From Parcubacteria group bacterium (GTDB lineage Bacteria; Patescibacteriota; Minisyncoccia; 2-02-FULL-40-12), in the NCBI GenBank assembly GCA_016186395.1, contig JACPLU010000003.1:76289-140288 (forward strand): 64,000 bases of DNA. The letters are read 5' to 3'. Shown one piece after another: positions 39,779 to 47,658 of this stretch. Numbering within the stretch: position 1 is the first letter of the stretch; every line of letters starts with the position of its first letter. The position numbers and the translations under genes were made by a program. Below the pieces are notes generated by a model, which was given only the letters and a program-made list of their open reading frames with translations, did no database searches and was not told where the DNA came from.

Positions 39779-40093
39779 TTGCCAATAAAGATCTTTTCCA
39801 ATACGGAGCTAAAGATGGAAAAAATAGTTTGTAATCGAGCCAAACATCCGGGTCATCCGCTAGAAAATATCGAGGCTAGATACAGAACTGTAACAAGATA
39901 TGGTAAAGAGCAACTTTGCGAAAAATGCGCTACTCCGATGTTGATAGCAAGGCAGATGCTCATAAACGATTTTAACGACGGGGCATTGTTGTCGATCGTA
40001 GATTTGAGTAATAATCTGGATATTTTAAAAGAGCTGGTTAAAAATAATGCTAAAAATGGCCTATTACACCAGAGCACTGATGAAGATATTTGA
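39779..40093 (+). CDS. hypothetical protein
   Basis: ORF only. Confidence 0.35.
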   Translation: MPIKIFSNTELKMEKIVCNRAKHPGHPLENIEARYRTVTRYGKEQLCEKCATPMLIARQMLINDFNDGALLSIVDLSNNLDILKELVKNNAKNGLLHQSTDEDI

Positions 40094-40158
40094 TGCTGTT
40101 TTAATTGAAAGTACGCGCCTATTGCGCGTTTTTTAAATTTTAGGTAGTATTTCCAGTA

Positions 40159-40476
40159 ATGCATTTTGCTATAATTCTAACTGGTGGCAAACAATATTTA
40201 GTAAAAGAAGGGGATTTACTTAAAGTTGAGAAATTAAACCCAAAAGAGGGTGAGGATTTAGTATTTGATAAAGTTCTTCTTTTTTCAGATGGTGAAGCCG
40301 TTAAATTAGGCAAACCATATTTGGAAGGGGCATCTGTTAGGGCCAGTATTTTAGAGCAGGGAAAGGATAAAAAGAAGATTGTTTTTAGGTTTAAGTCAAA
40401 GACTCGTTATAAAAAGAAAAAAGGCCATAGACAGCCTTTCACAAAAGTTAAGATTGAGAAAATAATCTTTGGCTAA
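40159..40476 (+). CDS. rplU: 50S ribosomal protein L21
   Basis: [23 protein letters not shown]...; L21 family. Confidence 0.9.
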   Translation: MHFAIILTGGKQYLVKEGDLLKVEKLNPKEGEDLVFDKVLLFSDGEAVKLGKPYLEGASVRASILEQGKDKKKIVFRFKSKTRYKKKKGHRQPFTKVKIEKIIFG

Positions 40477-40480
40477 TTTT

Positions 40481-40616
40481 TATTATTTCTTGCAGAATAC
40501 CCCGCGGCCTGTCTGCCGATAGGCAGGCTTGCCGTGGGGATGAATGCAAGCCCGAAGCAAAGTCGAGCTTAGCTCGACGAAGCGGAGGAAATAACATAAA
40601 TCCAGCAATTTTTGAA
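40481..40616. repeat. hairpin repeat family B copy 3
   Basis: TATTATTTCTTGCAGAATACCCCGCGGCC..., GATGAATGCAAGCCCGAAGC, AGTCGAGCTTAGCTCGAC, GCGGAGGAAATAACATAAATCCAGCAATTTTTGAAA. Confidence 0.65.
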
Positions 40617-40647
40617 AGGTTTTAACTCGGATATATCAACCCGTTGA

Positions 40648-40806
40648 GCTTGCTGAATAATACTCTTTCTCTTTCTTCGCAAACCCCAGCGTGGTTTGCT
40701 CAGGGGTTGAGTCTTTCGCTCTTACCCGGCTCTTTCAAAAGAAAGAGCCGGGTAAACCATGCCCGCTACAGGCTCAAAACCCGTTCAAGAGTATTATTTC
40801 AGCAAG
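40648..40806. repeat. MITE-like element family E copy 1 with ~19-bp terminal inverted repeats
   Basis: Begins CTTGCTGAATAATACTCTT and ends AAGAGTATTATTTCAGCAAG. Internal hairpins CGCAAACCCC/GGTTTGC and ACCCGGCTCTTTC-AAAA-GAAAGAGCCGGGT. Confidence 0.7.
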
Positions 40807-40817
40807 AGTTTATTATT

Positions 40818-41429
40818 TTAGTTTCTTCTTTCCAACGCATCTTTCAACGTTATTTCGTCAACATATTCCAAAGATGTACCAAAGGATATGCCTCTACCTA
40901 AACGAGTAATTTGAATTTGATCTTGAAGTTTTTTTAATTTGTCCTCGATGTATATGGCAGTGGTGTTGCCAAAAGGCGTGGGGCTTAGTGCCAGAATGAT
41001 TTCCGGTTTTTTATTCTTTTGACTTAGAATATTTTTAATTCTTTGGTTAAGTTGACTGATTGTTAATCTCTCGGCATTTATACCGTCTATAGGATTTATT
41101 GCTCCTCCCAATACGTGATAGTGGCCCTGGTAATGTCCGGTTCTCTCAACTGATTCCAGGTCGCTAATCTTTTCTACAACCATAATTTTAGAAGCGTCTC
41201 TTTTGGGATTTAAGCATATATAACAGCGGTCAGTTTCCCCAACATAAAAACATTGGGTGCAAAGTTTAATTTCTTGTTTCAGGTTGGCAATTAATCTTGC
41301 AAATTCAACAAGTTCCGTTTCGTCGCGGTTTAAAAGCGATAAAACAAAACGGGTCGCTTGACGTGGCCCCACCCCGGGTAAAATCGTAAAAAGTTTTTTT
41401 AGCTTTGTGAAAGATTTCATACGATGCAA
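40818..41429 (-). CDS. recR: recombination protein RecR
   Basis: HhH N-terminus, C4 zinc finger (CTQCFYVGETDRCYIC) and Toprim domain. Confidence 0.9.
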   Translation of the reverse strand: MHRMKSFTKLKKLFTILPGVGPRQATRFVLSLLNRDETELVEFARLIANLKQEIKLCTQCFYVGETDRCYICLNPKRDASKIMVVEKISDLESVERTGHYQGHYHVLGGAINPIDGINAERLTISQLNQRIKNILSQKNKKPEIILALSPTPFGNTTAIYIEDKLKKLQDQIQITRLGRGISFGTSLEYVDEITLKDALERRN

Positions 41430-41872
41430 ATATACGAATTGATACTAATTATACGAATTTAGTTTTTACATCAGTATCAATTTTTACTATTCTTAGCGGT
41501 TTGAGATAGCGACTTCTAAAGTTTATTAATAACCCTAACTTTTTACCCAATGTTTGAAGATATCGCTGAGTTTGGTAGTAGTCTTCCTTTAGTATATATG
41601 TTTTAGCTTTTACTTCTAAAATTATTTTGTTATCTATTAAGAAATCTAATTTATTTCCTGTGTTTTGAATTGTGAACTCTCTCTTATAAGTTATAGACTG
41701 TTCTTTTAGTTCTTTTTCTATTTGATCGCAATATTGTTTTTCCCTATTAAATCTTCCTAATTTATTATGGATGTCAAAGCATATTCCTGTGATGACATAA
41801 GATAATTCTGGATAAATTATCTTATGTTTTTTATTTGTATGATTAGTATGCATTAGTATATTAGTATCGCCT
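41423..41872. mobile_element. family A element copy 3, split by a ~375-bp insert carrying a GxxExxY gene
   Basis: Left half GATGCAAATATACGAATTGATACTAATTATACGAATTT (41423-41460). Right half TGTATGATTAGTATGCATTAGTATATTAGTATCGCC (41836-41872). Both are in the same orientation as copies 1 and 2, and the ORF lies between them. Confidence 0.6.
41449..41853 (-). CDS. GxxExxY-family (PD-(D/E)XK-like) small protein
   Basis: YPELSYVITGICFDIHNKLGRFNREKQY...IILEVKAK...LGLLINFR matches the GxxExxY family layout. The annotated N-terminus MHTNHTN is encoded by the repeat, so the real start is probably downstream. Confidence 0.65.
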   Translation of the reverse strand: MHTNHTNKKHKIIYPELSYVITGICFDIHNKLGRFNREKQYCDQIEKELKEQSITYKREFTIQNTGNKLDFLIDNKIILEVKAKTYILKEDYYQTQRYLQTLGKKLGLLINFRSRYLKPLRIVKIDTDVKTKFV

Positions 41873-43215
41873 TAAACATTTTTTGCTAAGTTTTTAAAAC
41901 TGGCTTGTTCTTCGTCAAAATATAGTTCTAGAAATCCAGTTGGTCCGTTTCTGTGTTTAGCGATTATTATTTCAGCAATATTTTGTTTGTCGGTATCCCG
42001 GCGGACTTTGTCTTCGCGGTAAATAAATATTACCAAATCAGCGTCCTGTTCAATAGAACCGGAAGATCGTAGGTCAGATAATTTCGGTCTTTGATCTGGT
42101 CTGGCTTCTGTAGCACGGGATAACTGGGATATGGCAAGGACTGGGATATTTAATTCTCTTGCCAAGGCTTTTAAGTTTCTTGAAATTTCGGTAATCTGTT
42201 GAACTTCGCTATCATAGTTTCTTTGTGATCTAATTAGTTGAAGATAATCAACAATAATCATTCCAAGGCCATGTTCGGCTTGTAAACGTCTGGCCATTGC
42301 CCGCATTTGTAAAACCGTAGGGGACGGGGAATCGTCAATAAAGATTGGAGTCTGTGCCAAGCTACCTAATGCGACACTGATTCTACTGAAGTCACTTGTT
42401 TCACCGTCCATTGAAAGTTTTCCGGTTCTTAATTTCCAAAGGCTTATTCCTGCTTCTGAAGAAATAAGTCTGTCGATAACCTGTTCTTTAGACATTTCTA
42501 GACTAAATATTCCAACTGGTACGTTTTCTTTTTTCGAGGCATTGCGGGCGATGTCCATAGCCATAGAAGTTTTACCTAATGACGGTCTGGCTGCTAGGAC
42601 GACTAAATCAGATTTTTGAAAACCAGCAGTTAATGAGTCAAGGTCATAAAATCCAGTTGAAATACCTCTAAGAGCGCCGTCTCCTTTGTGCAGTCGATCT
42701 AGTCTTTCAAAGGCGTCATCCAGTGTGTGTTTTATGTGCACAAATTCCTGGGAAAGAGATTTTTGAGAAACAGAAAAAAGTTTTTGTTCGGCAAGGTCTA
42801 AAATATTTTCTATTTCTTCCTCCTCTTGAAATCCAAGCTCTATTATTTGATGGGAGACATTTATTAGCTCTCTAAGAATTCTTTTACGCTGAACTATTTT
42901 TGAGTACTGAACTATGTGAGCAGATGTGGGAACCAAAGACAGAAGATTGGTGACATAGGTTACACCCCCCGCATCTTTCAGAAAACTAAGCTCCTCCAGT
43001 TTATTGGTTAGGGTTACAACATCAATTGGTTCTCTTTTTTGGTAAAGTTGAACTATTGCTTCAAAGATCAGCTGGTGTGAACGGTTATAGAAGTCGTCAG
43101 GAGTAAGGGTATCTATAACTCGGTGAATTGAGTCCGGATCAATTAAAATAGAACCAAGAAGAGATTTCTCGGCATCAATGTTTTGTGGAGGAAGTTTGTC
43201 TAGAGGATTGGTCAC
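41872..43215 (-). CDS. dnaB: replicative DNA helicase DnaB
   Basis: GTG start; Walker A GARPSLGKTS; DnaB N- and C-terminal domains. Confidence 0.92.
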   Translation of the reverse strand: MTNPLDKLPPQNIDAEKSLLGSILIDPDSIHRVIDTLTPDDFYNRSHQLIFEAIVQLYQKREPIDVVTLTNKLEELSFLKDAGGVTYVTNLLSLVPTSAHIVQYSKIVQRKRILRELINVSHQIIELGFQEEEEIENILDLAEQKLFSVSQKSLSQEFVHIKHTLDDAFERLDRLHKGDGALRGISTGFYDLDSLTAGFQKSDLVVLAARPSLGKTSMAMDIARNASKKENVPVGIFSLEMSKEQVIDRLISSEAGISLWKLRTGKLSMDGETSDFSRISVALGSLAQTPIFIDDSPSPTVLQMRAMARRLQAEHGLGMIIVDYLQLIRSQRNYDSEVQQITEISRNLKALARELNIPVLAISQLSRATEARPDQRPKLSDLRSSGSIEQDADLVIFIYREDKVRRDTDKQNIAEIIIAKHRNGPTGFLELYFDEEQASFKNLAKNV

Positions 43216-43387
43216 GAATAATTCAAAAGTTAAAAGTCAAAAATCAAAATTACAAGTTAAAACTTAAAATTACTTAAAATTAATTTAACTTTCATTATTA
43301 ACTATAATTTTTAAAATTTCGATTGCCAAGCAGGTAAATTGCTGGTAAGGTGTTGATAAATTAGTACTTTTAAGGAGGGGAGAAGAA

Positions 43388-43693
43388 ATGGAACATATAA
43401 GGGGACATAGTTCTCGCGATATAAGGGACGAAATGAATGATGAGGTCGATAGTTTAAGAGCAAAAATTCAAAGCCTAGAGGCAGAAAATGCAGAATTGAA
43501 AAAAGATAAAGAAAGATTGGATTTTATTGATAAATATAAGCTTCCAATAGAAAGAATATCTTTGGGGGTAAGAAGCTCATTTTGGAGAATATATTTTATC
43601 GATAGTTTTATTTACGAGTTTAATTTAAGAGAATGTATTGATTCGCAAATAAGAAAAGAGGTTAGTATTATTAAACCAGTTGAGGGTAAGTAG
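43388..43693 (+). CDS. hypothetical coiled-coil protein
   Basis: ORF with SD AAGGAGGGG. Confidence 0.4.
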   Translation: MEHIRGHSSRDIRDEMNDEVDSLRAKIQSLEAENAELKKDKERLDFIDKYKLPIERISLGVRSSFWRIYFIDSFIYEFNLRECIDSQIRKEVSIIKPVEGK

Positions 43694-43694
43694 T

Positions 43695-45143
43695 TTATTT
43701 TCTCACTAATGGTCCATAAGGAGTGTCGTCAATTTTGTAACCCTTTGTGAGTATTTGTTTTCGTAATTCGTCGGCTTCGGCGAATTTTTTTTCGTTTCTG
43801 GCGGTCTCGCGTAAATCAACTAAGTTTTGAATTTCATCTGGTAGGGGTATAGATTTTTCGGGGATAAAGCCAAAAATTCCATTTATTTCCTTAAGTAAAT
43901 CAAGCACTTGATTTGCGACTGTTTTACTTATTAACCCCGAATGAAGGGGAGCATTAAACTCTCTAATCAGATTGAATAATTCTGCAATTGCTATCGGGGC
44001 GTTAAAATCATCATCTAGAGCTTCAAAAATAGATTTTCTGTGTGTCTCAAAAAAATTGGTATAATCTGATTTTTTTTCTTCGTCTGCCTGACTGGTAGGC
44101 AGGTCTGCTTTGCCGTCGGCTTTTTCAAGATTTAAGACAAACTCTCTAAGGCGCATAACAGCGGCTTCGGCTTGATTCATTAAGTTGTCGTTGAAATCAA
44201 TCGGGGATCTATAATGGGTGCTTAAAACCATAAAACGTACTGCTTCTGGGCTTTGGTCTTTAAGCAAGTCCCTTATGGTTATGAAGTTACCTAGAGATTT
44301 AGACATTTTTTGTCCATTTAGTGTTAAAAAACCGGTATGCATCCAAAGTTTAACAAAAGGTTTTTTGCCTGATAAAGATTCCATTTGAGCAATCTCGGCC
44401 TCATGATGGGGAAAGATTAAATCACGTGATCCGCCGTGGATTTCGTATTGGGGTGAGTCAAACTCCTTTTCAGTAATAGCCGTATCTTCTATGTGCCAGC
44501 CAGGACGTCCTGCACCAAGTTCGCTTTGCCAAGACGGTTCGCTTGGTTTTGCCGTTCCTTCGGAGCGAGCCTCGTCCTCTGGGCGGGAAAACTTCCATAA
44601 AGCAAAATCACCTTTGTTTCTTTTAAGCGTGCTTTCGTCTATTCGGCTTACCGCATCCTCGGCATCTTCTACTGTTCTACCGGAAAGCTTTCCATAATCT
44701 GGAAATCTTTTAAGATCAAAATAGTAACCCTCATCCGGTATTAAATAGGCAATATTTTTTTCTTTTAGTCTTTTGACCTGATCTACAATTTGTTTAATAT
44801 ATTCTGTTGCCGGAGCATATTTAGTAACACTGGTTATGCCAAGATTTTCCATATCCTCCATATATTTTTCTTGAAATTCTTTGGCTAAACCAAGCGGGTC
44901 TTTGTTTTCTGATTTTGCCCGATCAATGATTTTGTCATCAATATCGGTGATATTTTGAAGATAAAAAACTTCATAGCCTAGGTAACGTAAATATTTGGCA
45001 ATCATATCAAAGGCAATATAAGTTCTGGCATGGCCGATATGGGAATAATCATAAACAGTTGGTCCGCAGACAAACATCCGAATTTTTTTATCGAGAAAGT
45101 TTAATTCTTCTTTTTGTTTTGTAAGAGTATTAAATATTTTCAA
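43695..45143 (-). CDS. cysS: cysteinyl-tRNA synthetase; start trimmed to TTG giving (M)KIFNTLTKQKEE
   Basis: HIGH (HIGHARTY) and KMSKS motifs. The N-terminus aligns with canonical MLKIFNTLTRQKEE. The ORF-track extension to 45302 is probably not translated. Confidence 0.9.
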   Translation of the reverse strand: MKIFNTLTKQKEELNFLDKKIRMFVCGPTVYDYSHIGHARTYIAFDMIAKYLRYLGYEVFYLQNITDIDDKIIDRAKSENKDPLGLAKEFQEKYMEDMENLGITSVTKYAPATEYIKQIVDQVKRLKEKNIAYLIPDEGYYFDLKRFPDYGKLSGRTVEDAEDAVSRIDESTLKRNKGDFALWKFSRPEDEARSEGTAKPSEPSWQSELGAGRPGWHIEDTAITEKEFDSPQYEIHGGSRDLIFPHHEAEIAQMESLSGKKPFVKLWMHTGFLTLNGQKMSKSLGNFITIRDLLKDQSPEAVRFMVLSTHYRSPIDFNDNLMNQAEAAVMRLREFVLNLEKADGKADLPTSQADEEKKSDYTNFFETHRKSIFEALDDDFNAPIAIAELFNLIREFNAPLHSGLISKTVANQVLDLLKEINGIFGFIPEKSIPLPDEIQNLVDLRETARNEKKFAEADELRKQILTKGYKIDDTPYGPLVRK

Positions 45144-45185
45144 CCTAAAAGAATTGTAGCAAATACGGGGTTTATTTGGAAATTT
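45099..45185. repeat. 87-bp direct repeat copy 1 (functional cysS promoter plus first 13 codons)
   Basis: Identical to 46329-46415. On the minus strand it contains TTCCAA-N17-TACAAT followed by the TTG start of cysS. Confidence 0.9.
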
Positions 45186-45195
45186 CTGTAGATAG

Positions 45196-45223
45196 TTGAC
45201 AGAATCTATCCATCTGTTATAAT
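45196..45223 (+). promoter_or_regulatory. near-consensus sigma70 promoter
   Basis: TTGACA-N16-TATAAT. Confidence 0.6.
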
Positions 45224-45229
45224 ATAAGA

Positions 45230-45366
45230 GTACTCGGAATTCAGAGTGCAAGGGGGTGGAGCTCACGGGCTCCACCAAACCCGCATTGTGGCGGAAAGCC
45301 ACAGTGTGATTCCAGCCCGGCGTAGACCGGTGACTGGGGGGTGGTGCTCCGGCGCCACCCTTTTTC
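45230..45366 (+). ncRNA. candidate ~135-nt small RNA (promoter-to-terminator unit U1)
   Basis: Starts about 7 nt after the -10 box. Hairpins GGTGGAGC-TCACG-GGCTCCACC and GTGGC-GGAAA-GCCAC. 3' module CCAGCCCGGCGTAGACCGGTGACTGGGGGG. Terminator GGTGGTGC-TCC-GGCGCCACC followed by CTTTTTCC. Confidence 0.45.
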
Positions 45367-45444
45367 CTTTATATATTGACATAAGTTGAGGAGTAGTTTA
45401 TATTAATTAACATTGGGGTACCTTAAATTAAAAGGAGGGAATAA

Positions 45445-45816
45445 ATGAGCCAATGTTCTGGTACAGTTAAACTTGCTAAATTGGTCAATAGACGAATGAG
45501 GGGTAAGACGCTAAAAGAAGTGGCTAATGCTGCTGGAATATCGCCAACATCATTATGTCTTATTAGGTCTGGTTGTCGTGGAATTTCTATCAAGATGGCA
45601 AAAAAACTGGCGAAAGGTCTAAACGAGGATCCAGCCAATTTAAGTCGAGAGATTGAGGAATTAGTTCTGGCTGGGAAAGGTGAACGTAACAAGTTAAAAT
45701 TTTGTTACGTTAGGCAATCACAGGTGGAATTTACAATTCGGGTTCCTCTGAACCTCGCAAAAAGAGTTACAGATTTTGTTATGGAAATTGAGAAAGAAGT
45801 CAACAAGGAGGTGTAG
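45445..45816 (+). CDS. HTH_XRE-family transcriptional regulator
   Basis: LKEVANAAGISPTSLCLIRSGCRGISIKMAKKLAKGL; SD AGGAGG. Local GC is clearly higher than the surroundings. Confidence 0.6.
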   Translation: MSQCSGTVKLAKLVNRRMRGKTLKEVANAAGISPTSLCLIRSGCRGISIKMAKKLAKGLNEDPANLSREIEELVLAGKGERNKLKFCYVRQSQVEFTIRVPLNLAKRVTDFVMEIEKEVNKEV

Positions 45817-45819
45817 ACA

Positions 45820-46263
45820 ATGCAAGTAGAACGAATTACGTTTCGACGAGATCATCCACGCCCGGCGTTCCAATCGGAACATGAGTATCCTCATAACGAG
45901 GAGGAAACCCAGATGCTAACGGAATGGAGCATTGGGTGGATAGATGATCTCATCGATGAATCAGTACGATTCATCGATAGTGAACTTAATCTTCTTAACT
46001 TAAATCCCCAGCAGAGGGAAAATGTGAGGGAGAAGATTAAGATCGGGGTAATTTCTGTGTGGGCAGAGTGGCACCTTGATATGGAAGATGAGGTGCCGAT
46101 CGACCAAGAGGTGATTGCCCAGTATCTTAAGCACAAGTTTAATATCGATGTGCCGGTTTGTAACGAGTGTAACTTCAACTTGTTAACTGAGGTTGAAGCA
46201 ACCGCACTCGGTTTGGAAGAAGTTGTCTTAGAGCCACTAGAATCGGACTTGTCTGGTTCTTAG
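45820..46263 (+). CDS. hypothetical acidic protein encoded by the cassette
   Basis: SD GGAGG. Followed by a strong terminator (GCGGGCGGGGGG...CCCCGCCCG followed by TTTTT) at 46264-46318. Confidence 0.5.
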   Translation: MQVERITFRRDHPRPAFQSEHEYPHNEEETQMLTEWSIGWIDDLIDESVRFIDSELNLLNLNPQQRENVREKIKIGVISVWAEWHLDMEDEVPIDQEVIAQYLKHKFNIDVPVCNECNFNLLTEVEATALGLEEVVLEPLESDLSGS

Positions 46264-46328
46264 GTACTTTCTTCAGCGGGCGGGGGGAATGTCATAATTT
46301 GTCCCCGCCCGTTTTTCTTATTCGGAAT

Positions 46329-46415
46329 GTTTAATTCTTCTTTTTGTTTTGTAAGAGTATTAAATATTTTCAACCTAAAAGAATTGTAGCAAATACGGGG
46401 TTTATTTGGAAATTT
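46329..46415. repeat. 87-bp direct repeat copy 2 (orphan cysS 5' stub)
   Basis: Identical to 45099-45185, with no downstream cysS body. Confidence 0.9.
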
Positions 46416-46425
46416 AGCAAGGCTA

Positions 46426-46453
46426 TTGACAAAGTATGTCAGTTTGTTATACT
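46426..46453 (+). promoter_or_regulatory. sigma70-like promoter, homologous to the one at 45196
   Basis: TTGACA-N16-TATACT. Confidence 0.55.
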
Positions 46454-46459
46454 TATAAA

Positions 46460-46595
46460 TAGTCTCGGGTCAGGTCAAAAACCGAGTTTTAAAAAGGGAC
46501 GAAGCTTAAGCTTGACCAAGCAATAGTCCCAACCATCATCCAGCCCGGCGTAGACCGGTGTCTGGGGGCCAGTGCTCTTGCGCTGGCCTTTTTCG
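46460..46595 (+). ncRNA. candidate ~135-nt small RNA (unit U3, paralog of U1)
   Basis: CTCGGGTCAGGTCAAAAACCGAG hairpin and AAGCTTAAGCTT palindrome. Same 3' module CCAGCCCGGCGTAGACCGGTGTCTGGGGG. Terminator GCCAGTGC-TCTT-GCGCTGGC followed by CTTTTTCG. Confidence 0.45.
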
Positions 46596-46669
46596 TTTAA
46601 ATAGCTTTTACTGTTGATGATTGGATATTTATATTTATGCTATACTCTAAATTATTGAAACTTCGTATT

Positions 46670-46805
46670 TTATTAATGCTTTTGAGACAATAGGAGGCAC
46701 GGTTTGCTTGGATCTCGATCCGTCCTGGGCGGAGAGGGAAAATCGTGCCGACTCTTAATAAGTGTGCCGCAGGAGCACACGAATGTGTCTAAAAAGCATT
46801 AATAA
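46670..46805 (+). repeat. structured element family F copy 1 (5' of a membrane-protein gene)
   Basis: Outer stem TTATTAATGCTTTTGAGACA/TGTCTAAAAAGCATTAATAA. Inner stems GGCACGGTTT/AAATCGTGCC and GTGTGC-CGCAGGA-GCACAC. Confidence 0.65.
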
Positions 46806-46828
46806 AATATTTAATCCAGAGCCTACTT

Positions 46829-47647
46829 ATGAATAAAAGAGTTATTTTGCCGATAATAGTTTTGGTAACGAGTTTAATTTTTTGGGGCGTGGTTCAAAGA
46901 AGTATTCAAAGCCCCAATTTAAAAGAAGTGATCTTTTGGGTTAAGGTCGCTTTATCGTTCGGACTTTTTAGCGGAAGTTTGGCCTTTGGATTACTTTTAT
47001 CCAATTCTAAATATTGGGCGGCATTGAACATCTTTATTCCAATTCTAGTTTTTTGGTTTTTAACTAATTTAGGTCTGATTACTTTAGTTCTTGGCTTGCT
47101 CGTATTTTTAATACAGTTTTCCTACTACACAACTATTAAGAGTGAACAAGAGCAAAGGCTTAAAGTTTCAATCAAGAAATTTTTAGAAAAAGGCATTTAT
47201 GGTTTTATTGCCGGGATAATAATTCTCGTAACTTTATTTTATTATTTCACTCCCTCTGTCCAGGAAAAAAGTCGTCAAATAACCATACCAAAAAGTCTAG
47301 AGACTTTTGTTCAGGAATTTACTACTCAAACCTTACTTCGCAACGCATCTCCCGAAGTTAGGGCTCAAATTCAAACTCCCGAATTTCAAACTCAACTGGG
47401 ACAAGAAGTGCAAAGAACTACAAAAGAACTTTTACGTCAGCTTGATTCATGGGCCGGCCCTTATAAAAAGTTTTTCCCCTTGGTTTTAAGTATTGGTTTT
47501 TATTTAACTTTGACTGCATTTACGTTTTTGTGGAATTGGCTTACGTTGCTTTTTGCATCGCTTTTTCTGTTTATATTCAAGCAGTTAGGATTAGTTAAAA
47601 TTAATTCAGTCCAAAAAGAAGCAGAAGAATTAGAATTAGTTAATTAG
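46829..47647 (+). CDS. hypothetical polytopic membrane protein
   Basis: Several TM helices; no family assigned. Confidence 0.45.
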   Translation: MNKRVILPIIVLVTSLIFWGVVQRSIQSPNLKEVIFWVKVALSFGLFSGSLAFGLLLSNSKYWAALNIFIPILVFWFLTNLGLITLVLGLLVFLIQFSYYTTIKSEQEQRLKVSIKKFLEKGIYGFIAGIIILVTLFYYFTPSVQEKSRQITIPKSLETFVQEFTTQTLLRNASPEVRAQIQTPEFQTQLGQEVQRTTKELLRQLDSWAGPYKKFFPLVLSIGFYLTLTAFTFLWNWLTLLFASLFLFIFKQLGLVKINSVQKEAEELELVN

Positions 47648-47658
47648 TCTTTAGAAAG

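Noticed and set aside
40644-40909. ORF-track ORFs 40644-40901 and 40691-40909 (plus strand)
   Set aside because: They lie entirely within family E repeat copy 1 and the recR 3' end, which indicates spurious frames through repeat DNA.
43216-43387. Replication origin next to dnaB
   Set aside because: The tract is AT-rich but has no recognisable DnaA boxes (TTATCCACA-like), and dnaA is not nearby.
43695-45302. Extended cysS N-terminus (45144-45302) in the ORF track
   Set aside because: Canonical CysS begins at MLKIFNTL. The TTG at 45141-45143 gives (M)KIFNTL, and the upstream extension runs through a promoter-like TTCCAA-N17-TACAAT and the repeat unit.
45230-46595. SRP RNA, tmRNA or 6S identity for the U1/U3 small-RNA candidates
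   Set aside because: U3 has GGGTCAGGTC resembling part of the SRP domain IV motif but lacks GGAAGGAAGCAGC. Neither unit has a tRNA-like 3' end, a tag ORF, or a single long bulged hairpin.
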